Shown here piece by piece: positions 8,469-16,949 of a stretch of DNA of 43,522 nt. The stretch spans positions 1 to 43,522 of the forward strand of contig JBKPAI010000164.1 of the NCBI GenBank assembly GCA_046726355.1, given 5' to 3'. The stretch comes from Acidobacteriota bacterium. Lineage in GTDB: Bacteria > Acidobacteriota > Vicinamibacteria > Vicinamibacterales > CAVVIG01. Position numbers and translations under genes: made by a program. The notes under the pieces were generated by a model that saw nothing but the letters and a program-made list of their open reading frames with translations, did no database searches and had not been told where the DNA came from. Each line of letters begins with the position of its first letter. Position 1 is the first letter of the stretch.

Positions 8469-11400
8469 GTGGAATTCCTGGCAGGTTTGCTCATCGCTGT
8501 CGGCGTCTGGTTCGTCCTGCCGATTTCCGCGTGGGTGTCGGCGCAGCGGACCCGGCGCCGGATCGACGATCTGGAGCACATCGTTGATCGTCAGAGCGAC
8601 GAGATCCGCGCACTGACGGCACGCCTGGAGCGGATCGGACGCACAGCGGTCACCGAATCACGTACTGCAGTGCCATCACCGTCTTCGCCGCCGCCCGAAG
8701 CGCGGCCGGCGACAGAAGCGGGACGTCCGGCCGCCGGCACGCCGAAGGCTCCGCCGGTCCGCCCTGAACCGGCGCAGACGCCTGGGGCTCCGACGGAACC
8801 GGTACCGCATCTCACGCCGCCGGTAGCCCCGCCCTTGGACGTGCGCGCGACACCGACTTCGCCGCCTGAACGGGCAGAAAGATCTCCGGCCGTACCGGTG
8901 ACACGCGGCTCGGCACCGCCGCCACGCGAGGCGGTCGGGCCACGAACGGTGGCGGTTCCCCCTGAAGTCCGCGGCGCACCATCCCCGCCTCCGCCGCCTC
9001 CACGGCCTCCGCGGCCGTCCGTCGCGGCGTTCGACTGGGAGAATCTGATCGGGGTCAAGCTGTTTTCCGGCATTGCCGGCGTGGCCCTCGTGCTGGCGGC
9101 GGTCTTCTTCCTCCGCTACTCGATCGAACACGGATGGCTGCAGCCGCCGGTCCGGGTGGTGATTGGCGTGGCCGTGGCCGTGGCGCTGCTCGCCGCCTGC
9201 GAGCTCAAAGCGGCGCGGCGCTTCCCGACAACGGCAAACGCGCTCGACGCTGCTGCGATTGCGATTCTGTTCGCGACCTTCTATGCGGCCCACGCATTGT
9301 GGCATCTGGTTCCGGCGGTCGCGGCATTCGTCTTACTTGCCCTGGTGACGGCGGTGGCTGTGTTGCTGTCGATCCGCCGCGGCTCGATGTTCATCGCGGT
9401 GCTCGGGCTGCTCGGCGGCTTTGCCACGCCCGCGCTGCTGTCGACGGGTGAGAACAGGCCGATTCCGCTCTTTGCGTATCTGATGCTCCTCAATATCGGC
9501 CTCGCCCGGGTGGCGTACCGGCAGACATGGCCGGTGCTCACGTGGCTCACGCTGATCCTGACCACACTCTACCAGTGGGGCTGGGTCGTGCAGTTTCTGC
9601 ATGCCAGCAGCCTGTCGCTGGCGATGGGCGTCTTCCTGATCTTTCCGATCGCTGCCGTTGTCGGGCTGCTGCTGTCGCGGCCGCGCGGCGCCGCGGCAGC
9701 GGATCGCAGTTTCGAGCACACCGCTGCGCTCTCCGCGGCGCTCCCGTTGTTGTTCGCGATCTACCTGGCTGCCGTGCCGGCGTACGGTACCAACGCCTCG
9801 CTGCTGTTCGGATTTCTCCTCCTGCTCGATGCAGGGTTGCTCGCCATTGCACTCGTGCGCGGCCAGGCAGTCCTGCACGCGGCCGGCGCCGTCGCCACGC
9901 TCCTCGTGATGGCCGTGTGGCTGGATACCTCGTACGCCGCGTCGGCGCGGCTCGTCGTGCTCGGTTTTACGGCGGCATTCGTGGCCCTCTACCTGGCTGC
10001 ACCCGCGATAGCCGCCCGTCTCGGACGAAGGTTCGACCATCCTGCAGCGCAGGCGCGTTTCGCCGCGCCGCTGCTCATTTTCGTCTTTCCAGTGCTCGCC
10101 CGGATCGAGCCTTCGTTCCGGACACCGCAGGCGCTCTTCGCCGTGTTGCTGGGCCTCCTGCTCCTGATCTCGTGGCGCGCGGTCGTGACGCGTGACGGTG
10201 CCCTGTACTACATCGCGTCGTTTTTTGCGGTCGCGGCGCAGGCATCGTGGTCCGTCACGCACCTGACCGGCGACACACTCGGCATCGGGGTCCTCGTCTA
10301 TGGTGCGTTCGGCGCCGTCGCGATCGCGACGCCGCTCGTCGCGCGCCGGTACGGGCGGCCGCTTCAGCCCGGATGGGGAGGCGGAGCCGTCCTTCTCGTC
10401 AGTCTCGGCTTGCTGGTGTTCCTCTCGCTTGGACCGGTCCGGCCGGCGGCGTTGTGGGCGATGGCGCTGCTGCTGGCGATCATGAACGGCGGCTTGTTTG
10501 TCGAAAGCGCCGCCGGCGGCTTGCCCCTCATCTCACAGGCGGGCAGCATCCTTTCCTGGCTCATCCTCGCCGTCTGGTGGATCCGTGCAGCCGGAAGCAT
10601 CGGCACCTTGCCGTCGCTGACCGTTCTGACCGGGCTCACGCTCGTCACGCTCACAGGGCACGCCTGGGCCTACACGCGCCGTGCCGGCGCCGATGCCGAT
10701 GGCCGCCGCGCGGCCTTCGGTCAGGGCCTGTATCTGTCGCTCGTCGGCCATCTCTTTCTCACGTTGTTCGCGTGGAACCGGGAATGGTCGATCCCACCGT
10801 GGCCGCTGTTCGGGGCGCTGGCAGTTGTCACGCTCGCGACCAGCGCCACCTCACTCGTCGTGCGTTCGGCATCGCTGCACGCGGCGGGGATCGTCGCCGC
10901 AGCCGTTGTCGTCCTTGCCTGGACCAGCGTGATTGGTGCGCCGCCGTGGGGGCTGATCGCGGTGCTGGCTTCGACTGCCGTCAGCGCCTGCGCGCTCGCC
11001 TGGATCTTTGTTCCGGCCAGAGAAGAAGGTGCCGCGCGCACCGCGGCGGCTGCGGCCGCGGTCTGTCTGTTCGTCGGCGATGTCGCGGTCACCGCGGCCC
11101 ATGCCGGCGCACAGGCAGGTTTTCCCGCGGTCGCGACTGCCCACTGCGCGAACATCACGGCAATTCTCTGGCTGGCCTGGAGGGCCCGATGGAAGCACGT
11201 GGCGGCGGTGGCGGTGGTGCCGGCGTGGCTCGGGCTCCTTCTCTGGACCGACGTCGCCGGACCGGACAACAGCCGGCAGCTCACACTTGTGATGGCAAAC
11301 GCGTGGGAACAGCTGCTGGCGCTGGCCACGGTGCTGTATGCGATTTTCATCGCCTACCCGTTCGCGCTCGGCGCCCGGGCGCGCGGCGAGCGCGAACCCT

Positions 11401-12299
11401 ACATCGCCGCGGTCCTTGCCAGCGCGATGTTCTTCTTCAGCGCACGGCACGCCTTCATCGCAGGCGGACTCGACTGGGCGATCGGGATTGTTCCCGTCGC
11501 AACCGCCAGCGGCCTCGCGCTGCTCGTCCGCGAGCTGCTGCGGCTCGAGCCGGCCGGCGAGCGCGATACCGGCAGGCTGGCGCTCGTGACCGGCGCGTCG
11601 CTCGCGTTCGTCACGGTGGCGATTCCACTGCAGCTGCGGCAGCAGTGGATCACAATCGGCTGGGCGCTCGAAGGCGCTGCCCTGGCGTGGCTCTACCGGC
11701 GCATCCGGCATCGCGGACTGCTGTATTTCGGCAGTGGCCTGTTGGCGGCGGTGTTCGCGAGGCTGGCGATGAATCCGGAAATCCTCTTGTACGAGCCGCG
11801 CGGCGCCTTGCGTATCTTCAACTGGTACCTCTACACCTACCTGAGCTGCGCCATCGCCTTCCTGATCGCCGCCTGGTGGCTCTCCCCGACTGACGATCGG
11901 ATCGTCGGTACTGCACGCTCGTCGCGGATCCTTCGCACGGCCGGAGTGGTCCTGCTGTTCCTGCTCCTCAACATCGAGATCGCCGACTTCTACGCCACCG
12001 GTCCGACGATCGCGTTCCGTTTCGGCGCGGCCGTCTCACAGGATTTGACTTACACCATCGGCTGGCTTGCGTTCGGTCTGATCCTGCTCGGCGCCGGAAT
12101 CCTGATCAGGAGCCACGCCGCCCGGATGGCCGCCGTGCTGCTGATCGCGGTGACCACGTTGAAGTGCTTTCTCTATGACCTCGGATCGCTCGAAGGGCTG
12201 TATAAGGTGGCTTCACTCACGGGGCTCGCCCTGTCGCTCGTCATCGTGGCCCTCGTGCTGCAGCGGTTCGTGCTCTCGAAGCCGGAGGGGACGGCATGA
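8469..12299 (+). CDS. Giant polytopic membrane protein, DUF2339-like. It has an N-terminal TM, a coiled-coil, a ~150-aa Pro-rich linker and more than 25 predicted TM helices.
   Basis: The N-terminus is MEFLAGLLIAVGVWFVLPISAWVSAQRTRRRIDDLEHIVDRQSDEIRALTARLERIG. A PPPxxRPxx low-complexity stretch follows, and the remaining ~1000 aa are almost entirely hydrophobic helices. The start is GTG. The stop overlaps the next gene's ATG (ATGA). The family call is from memory of DUF2339 architecture, not a search. Confidence 0.8.
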   Translation: MEFLAGLLIAVGVWFVLPISAWVSAQRTRRRIDDLEHIVDRQSDEIRALTARLERIGRTAVTESRTAVPSPSSPPPEARPATEAGRPAAGTPKAPPVRPEPAQTPGAPTEPVPHLTPPVAPPLDVRATPTSPPERAERSPAVPVTRGSAPPPREAVGPRTVAVPPEVRGAPSPPPPPPRPPRPSVAAFDWENLIGVKLFSGIAGVALVLAAVFFLRYSIEHGWLQPPVRVVIGVAVAVALLAACELKAARRFPTTANALDAAAIAILFATFYAAHALWHLVPAVAAFVLLALVTAVAVLLSIRRGSMFIAVLGLLGGFATPALLSTGENRPIPLFAYLMLLNIGLARVAYRQTWPVLTWLTLILTTLYQWGWVVQFLHASSLSLAMGVFLIFPIAAVVGLLLSRPRGAAAADRSFEHTAALSAALPLLFAIYLAAVPAYGTNASLLFGFLLLLDAGLLAIALVRGQAVLHAAGAVATLLVMAVWLDTSYAASARLVVLGFTAAFVALYLAAPAIAARLGRRFDHPAAQARFAAPLLIFVFPVLARIEPSFRTPQALFAVLLGLLLLISWRAVVTRDGALYYIASFFAVAAQASWSVTHLTGDTLGIGVLVYGAFGAVAIATPLVARRYGRPLQPGWGGGAVLLVSLGLLVFLSLGPVRPAALWAMALLLAIMNGGLFVESAAGGLPLISQAGSILSWLILAVWWIRAAGSIGTLPSLTVLTGLTLVTLTGHAWAYTRRAGADADGRRAAFGQGLYLSLVGHLFLTLFAWNREWSIPPWPLFGALAVVTLATSATSLVVRSASLHAAGIVAAAVVVLAWTSVIGAPPWGLIAVLASTAVSACALAWIFVPAREEGAARTAAAAAAVCLFVGDVAVTAAHAGAQAGFPAVATAHCANITAILWLAWRARWKHVAAVAVVPAWLGLLLWTDVAGPDNSRQLTLVMANAWEQLLALATVLYAIFIAYPFALGARARGEREPYIAAVLASAMFFFSARHAFIAGGLDWAIGIVPVATASGLALLVRELLRLEPAGERDTGRLALVTGASLAFVTVAIPLQLRQQWITIGWALEGAALAWLYRRIRHRGLLYFGSGLLAAVFARLAMNPEILLYEPRGALRIFNWYLYTYLSCAIAFLIAAWWLSPTDDRIVGTARSSRILRTAGVVLLFLLLNIEIADFYATGPTIAFRFGAAVSQDLTYTIGWLAFGLILLGAGILIRSHAARMAAVLLIAVTTLKCFLYDLGSLEGLYKVASLTGLALSLVIVALVLQRFVLSKPEGTA

Positions 12300-14332
12300 C
12301 GCGTGTGACCGCCTTGACGCTCCTGGCGGTCACGGCCTGCGCCGCCACCGTCGCGCGGGCGCAAACGCCGCGCTTCACACGCGAGCGCAGCGTGACCACT
12401 GCCGGCACAGGCCCGCAGCGGCTGGCGATTGATGCGACGCTGCTCGAAGCAGCGAAGCCGTTTCACCTGACGTCCTACGGGGAGCGCACCATCGCCCGTG
12501 ACGGCCTCGCCGACCTTCGTCTGTTCGACAGTCAGGGCCGGCCGGTGCCGCATCTGCTGATCTACCCGCCCGCACAGGAGCCGTCGTGGACGAGGGGCGA
12601 TGTGCTCGCCATCGTGGCAACCAAAAGGACCAGCGGATTCGAGGTCGATCTCGGCCGGGCAGAATCCACCGATGCGATTCGCCTCGAAGGGATACCACCG
12701 CCGTTCCTGAAACGGGTGAGACTCGAAGGAAGCGGTGATCGCGCGCATTGGACGATGCTGGCATCCGAAGCGACGCTGTTCGACCTCCCCGACGAACGGC
12801 TGCGCGAAACGACACTCGCCTTCCGACGCGGACGGTATCGCTACCTGCGCGTCACCTTCGACGATACGAACAGCGGCCGCGTGCCGCCGCCGCACGCGGT
12901 GTTCGCGCGCAGCACGGCCGGCCCGGCGCCGCCCCCGCCGCCCGCCGCAGCGCTGGCCTTCGAACGGCGTCCAAGCGAGCCGGGCCGCAGCCGCTATCGC
13001 ATCCGTCTGCCTGCTGCACATCTCCCGATCCTTGCGCTCGACCTCGACATCGGCGGCGGCCCCGTCTTCCGGCCTGCGGTGGTCAACGAGTCGCGGCTCG
13101 CTGGTGACGAAGCGGTTCCGGCGCAGCTCGGACGGGTCACCCTGAAACGCGTTCTCCGCGACGGCACCGCCGCGCAGGCGCTGCGCATTCCTCTGTCGCC
13201 GCCTGCTGAGGCCGAGCTCGAGCTCGTCGTCGAGGACGGTAATAATCCACCGCTCGAGTTGAAGGGCGCCGCCGCCGTCTTCGCCGAACTGCCCTGGATT
13301 TACTTCGACGCGGCGGACGTCACCATCGTGGCGCGCTACGGCGACCTCACCGCGGCGCCGCCCCGGTTCGACCTCGAGGCAATGCGCGATTCGATCGACG
13401 TATCGGCACTGCGCGAGGCAACCTGGCAGGCGCCGCGCGTGCTGGCGGAATCGGGCGCGAGTGCCGTCGCGCCGGCCTTGCCGTCGGCCGGCGCGGCGAT
13501 CGACGCGACGAAGTTCGGTCACGTCCGCGCCGTCGCGGATGCTTCCGGCGGCCTGGTGGCGCTGCCGCTGGACACGGCGGTGCTGAGCCGGAGCCGCGGC
13601 CCCTTGGCGCGCTTTGCCGACGTGCGGATCATTGACCCCATGAACCGCCAGATTCCGTATCTGGTGGAACGCCGCGATGAGCCGCTTTCGATCGAGGTGT
13701 CGATCTCGCCTGCCGATAAACAGGGGTCATCCCTGGCGTCGCCGGGCACGAACCGCTCTATCTACGTCGTCCGATTCCCATATCCCCGCCTCCCGTCCGG
13801 AACCCTGACGCTCGAGACCTCTGCGCGCGTTTTTCAAAGAAACGTCGAACTCGGTGTCCTGCGGCCACCGGATCGCCGGCGCCGCGACAGGTGGTTCGAT
13901 GTGATCGCGGCGGGCACCTGGAGGCATGCCGATCAGCAGACTGCGGCCCCGGCGTTGACCATGCGCCTGCCGACGGTTGACCGAACGGAACTGCTGCTGG
14001 CCGTGGACGAAGGCGACAATGCGCCGCTTCCAGTCGTCGCCGCGAGGCTGTTGCTGCCGTCCTACCGTCTGCGCTTTTTCCGTCCGGATAAGACGGAGCT
14101 CCGGCTCGCCTACGGCCGCGACGATCTGCCGCCGCCCCGATACGATCTGTCGCTGCTCGCGCCGCAGGTCATGGGCGCGCCGGCACGGGAAGTCTCAGCC
14201 GGCGCCGAATCCGGCGGCGGCGCCGGCAGCTCGCCGCCGACGCTGGTGTCTCCCCGCGTCTTCTGGGCGTTTCTCAGCACGGCCGTGATCGGGCTGCTGC
14301 TCCTGATCGTGCGTCTGGTGCGGGCGGCGTGA
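12296..14332 (+). CDS. Exported protein with a C-terminal TM anchor, DUF3999-like and the usual partner of DUF2339.
   Basis: It has a signal peptide (MTRVTALTLLAVTACAATVARAQ), a beta-rich body and a terminal hydrophobic helix (FWAFLSTAVIGLLLLIVRLV). Its ATG overlaps the upstream stop (ATGA) and has GGAGGGGA 5 nt upstream. The family assignment is not search-verified. Confidence 0.7.
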   Translation: MTRVTALTLLAVTACAATVARAQTPRFTRERSVTTAGTGPQRLAIDATLLEAAKPFHLTSYGERTIARDGLADLRLFDSQGRPVPHLLIYPPAQEPSWTRGDVLAIVATKRTSGFEVDLGRAESTDAIRLEGIPPPFLKRVRLEGSGDRAHWTMLASEATLFDLPDERLRETTLAFRRGRYRYLRVTFDDTNSGRVPPPHAVFARSTAGPAPPPPPAAALAFERRPSEPGRSRYRIRLPAAHLPILALDLDIGGGPVFRPAVVNESRLAGDEAVPAQLGRVTLKRVLRDGTAAQALRIPLSPPAEAELELVVEDGNNPPLELKGAAAVFAELPWIYFDAADVTIVARYGDLTAAPPRFDLEAMRDSIDVSALREATWQAPRVLAESGASAVAPALPSAGAAIDATKFGHVRAVADASGGLVALPLDTAVLSRSRGPLARFADVRIIDPMNRQIPYLVERRDEPLSIEVSISPADKQGSSLASPGTNRSIYVVRFPYPRLPSGTLTLETSARVFQRNVELGVLRPPDRRRRDRWFDVIAAGTWRHADQQTAAPALTMRLPTVDRTELLLAVDEGDNAPLPVVAARLLLPSYRLRFFRPDKTELRLAYGRDDLPPPRYDLSLLAPQVMGAPAREVSAGAESGGGAGSSPPTLVSPRVFWAFLSTAVIGLLLLIVRLVRAA

Positions 14333-14353
14333 CCGGCCGCAGCGACCGCCTCC

Positions 14354-14409
14354 GGGCTCTGGCTCGGGGGTTTGGGCTCTCGGCTCTTGGCTCTGGGCTT
14401 TCGGCCGCG
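14354..14409. repeat. Direct array of 8 heptads (GGGCTCT/GGCTCTC/GGCTCTT…) immediately 3' of the DUF3999-like gene.
   Basis: Read directly. It is followed at 14417..14446 by a CCTCAGCGTCCTTCGCGTCCTCCGTGGTGA box shared with three other loci. Confidence 0.7.
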
Positions 14410-14574
14410 GGATTATCCTCAGCGTCCTTCGCGTCCTCCGTGGTGACTACGTTCTCGAATGCACTCTACGAGGCCGTCGGCTTCAGGGTCGAGGACCTGT
14501 GCAGAGACCGGGTGGTAGAATGAGCGATTCGCAGAGTCTCGCATTGAACCGGTGATTAGCGTCCGGCGACCAAC

Positions 14575-15366
14575 ATGAAACCACGGACTGTGTTCCTCGG
14601 CGAGATGACCAATCCCGAGGTCGAGGCGTTTCTCCAAAGTCATCACACGGTGATCGTGCCGACCGGATCGACCGAGCAGCACGGCCCGCATGGGCCGCTG
14701 CTGACTGACGTGCTCATTCCGCAGGAAGTCGCGCGCCGCGTGGCGCCGCGGATCGGCGCGGTGGTCGCGCCGCCCATCAACTACGCGCTGTCCTACCCGC
14801 ACGTCGGGTTTACCGGCATGGTGCACATCCGTATCGAGACGTTCATGGCGCTGGTCGCCGACCTGTGCGCCTCGTTCGCCTCGTCGGGATTCAAGCGGAT
14901 CATCTTCCTGAACGGGCACTACGACAACACCTACGCGATCGCGTACGCGTGCGCCGAGGCCGCCGGGCGCATGGCGAAAGACGTGAAAGCGTTTCCGGTG
15001 AACTACTGGGACGGCCTCACCGCGGAGGACGTCGCCGAGTTCTCCGGCCTGAAGAACGGATTGCACGCCAACGCCGCCGAGACGTCGGCGATCCTGGCCA
15101 TCAATCCGGATCTGGTCGATCTCGAGCGCGCGAACGCCGAGTTTCCGCCGTTTCCCGAGTACACCGTCAACATGGCGCCGGTCCACACGGCGTTCTTTTT
15201 CACCTCGCCTGGATCGGTGTACTGGGCCACGAAATCCGGCACGTGGGGCGACGCGCGCAAATCGACGCCGGAACTGGGCGAGCGCTATCTCGAGGCTGGT
15301 GTGCGCTCGACCCTTGCGGTGCTGGAGAATATTGAAAAGACATTTGCTGCCATGCCACCGCGCTGA
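14575..15366 (+). CDS. Creatininase-family amidohydrolase.
   Basis: Motifs VPTGSTEQHGPHGPL and LNGHYDNTYA, with the overall creatinine-amidohydrolase layout. Confidence 0.88.
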   Translation: MKPRTVFLGEMTNPEVEAFLQSHHTVIVPTGSTEQHGPHGPLLTDVLIPQEVARRVAPRIGAVVAPPINYALSYPHVGFTGMVHIRIETFMALVADLCASFASSGFKRIIFLNGHYDNTYAIAYACAEAAGRMAKDVKAFPVNYWDGLTAEDVAEFSGLKNGLHANAAETSAILAINPDLVDLERANAEFPPFPEYTVNMAPVHTAFFFTSPGSVYWATKSGTWGDARKSTPELGERYLEAGVRSTLAVLENIEKTFAAMPPR

Positions 15367-15399
15367 AATGCATCCGGTGTCCTTCTATTCGGAGGCGGC

Positions 15400-15870
15400 A
15401 TGACGAAAACGAACAGACGAAGGTTTATCGGACGCGGCCTGACAGCGGCTGCGGCCACGTCAGCGATTCCGGCCGCGGCGCAGGAGACGGAGACGAGCGG
15501 CAAACCGGTCAAGAAGGTTCACTACCGGGACAACCGCAAGCCGGACAAGACGCCGCCCTTCAACAGCACTGTTTCCTACGGCAACCTGCTGTTCATTGCG
15601 GGCGTCGGCGCGCACTTCGAGGGCGACATCAAAGCACACACGAAGCACGTCCTCGATCAGATCCAGCAGCAGCTCGAGCGCGTCGGATCCTCGATGGACA
15701 AGGTCTTGAAATGCAACGTGTATCTGAATGACCTGAAGGATTACGCGGGCATGAACGAGATGTTCCAGGATCGCTTCGGCCCCGAACCGCCGGTGCGGAC
15801 AACGATTGCGGCGGCCGGTGGGATTCCGGGCAACTCGCTGGTCGAGATCGACGTGATCGCGTATATCTGA
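15400..15870 (+). CDS. RidA/YjgF/TdcF-family protein with a twin-arginine (Tat) signal peptide.
   Basis: MTKTNRRRFIGRGLTAAAATSAIPAAAQ is a Tat signal. The RidA fold follows (…VYLNDLKDYAGMNEMFQDRFGPEPPVRTTIAAAGGIPGNSLVEIDVIAYI). GGAGG lies 4 nt upstream. Confidence 0.85.
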   Translation: MTKTNRRRFIGRGLTAAAATSAIPAAAQETETSGKPVKKVHYRDNRKPDKTPPFNSTVSYGNLLFIAGVGAHFEGDIKAHTKHVLDQIQQQLERVGSSMDKVLKCNVYLNDLKDYAGMNEMFQDRFGPEPPVRTTIAAAGGIPGNSLVEIDVIAYI

Positions 15871-15905
15871 CCTAAAGGATTCTCTGCGGGTTCAGCGGGT
15901 TCTGC

Positions 15906-15944
15906 GTTGAACGTTCGGGGTCAGCAATCTGCTAGACGTTCAAC
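15906..15944. terminator. Hairpin GTTGAACGT (21-nt loop) ACGTTCAAC between two convergent genes. Its right arm overlaps the stop codon of the minus-strand gene.
   Basis: 9-bp inverted repeat read directly. No U-tract. Confidence 0.4.
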
Positions 15945-16765
15945 CCCTTCAGAAACGCCACGCCCTCTTTCGTCATCTCCATGTTCTGCTCGATGAAATA
16001 GTTCTTCACGCCGCCCGTCTTCGCGGCGGTGAAGACCTTTTTCCAGTCGATGCTGCCCTTTCCGACGGCGGCCGCGGTCTTCGTTTCCGCGTTCCAGTCC
16101 TGCAGATGCATCGACATGAAGCGGCCGGGGTATCTGGTGAAGTACTCCGCGGCATCGAAGCCGCGGCTGATCGTCGACATCTGAAACTGGAACTTCACCA
16201 GCTTCGGATCGAGCAGCTCGAACAGGACATCGTAGGTCCGCCGGCCGTCCACCGTTGACAGCTCGAAGCCCTCGTTGTGCAGCCCCTGTTGAATGCCGGC
16301 CTTCGCCGCCACCGCGGCGATCTTGTTGTATTCGTCGGCCGCCCGTTTCACATCGTCCATGGTCGGATTGTTCCCGGCGCCGAGCGTGGCGGTGATCATC
16401 TGCGTAATCCCGACCTCTTTGGCCCAGGCGATGCTTTCCGGTTGTCGCTCTCTGAGCTCTTTCATGCTGAAGTGGCCGCTCTCACAGCGGAGACCGTGAT
16501 CGGCGATGACCCTTTTGACCTCGGCGCCTGTGGCAAGGCCGGCGAAGTCGGCATAGCCGAACGGCGAGCACATCTCGATCTGCTGCACGCCGAGGTCGGC
16601 CAACTGCTTCAGCAGGCCGGGAAAGTTCTCCTTGAGCACCGCCCGATGAGGATAGGTCTGGCTGCCAATCGGAAGGCCGAGCGGGTTGGCACGAAGAGCG
16701 GCGACAGGCGACGCCGCGACAGCGGCCGCGACCATCCTGGAGAATTCGCGTCTCGAAATGAGCAT
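15932..16765 (-). CDS. Tat-exported sugar-phosphate isomerase/epimerase (xylose-isomerase-like TIM barrel).
   Basis: A Tat signal (MLISRREFSRMVAAAVAASPVAALRA) is followed by an AP_endonuc_2-like TIM barrel (…LGVQQIEMCSPFGYADFAG…). The start at 16765 has GAGGGA 6 nt upstream; the listed ORF to 16783 adds 6 codons without an SD. Confidence 0.85.
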   Translation of the reverse strand: MLISRREFSRMVAAAVAASPVAALRANPLGLPIGSQTYPHRAVLKENFPGLLKQLADLGVQQIEMCSPFGYADFAGLATGAEVKRVIADHGLRCESGHFSMKELRERQPESIAWAKEVGITQMITATLGAGNNPTMDDVKRAADEYNKIAAVAAKAGIQQGLHNEGFELSTVDGRRTYDVLFELLDPKLVKFQFQMSTISRGFDAAEYFTRYPGRFMSMHLQDWNAETKTAAAVGKGSIDWKKVFTAAKTGGVKNYFIEQNMEMTKEGVAFLKGLNV

Positions 16766-16949
16766 AATGCGTCCCTCATTCATGGACTGGGCGAGTCACG
16801 CACAGCAAACAGCCTCCGCGTCCTCCGCGTCCACCGTGGTTGACTCTGTCATGTCGCTGCCTGGCGCTTTGGGGTTATATTCTGGCCGGTCATTCTCAGG
16901 CCAGCCGGAGAAGCCGATCAAGGGAAAAATCGACGCGTCTGAGGGGATC

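Noticed and set aside
16686-16949. N-terminal 88-codon extension of the PQQ dehydrogenase ORF.
   Set aside because: It overlaps the divergent Tat-TIM-barrel gene start and a CCTCCGCGTCCTCC repeat. It has no SD, whereas the ATG at 16950 has GAGGGG and is followed immediately by a signal peptide.
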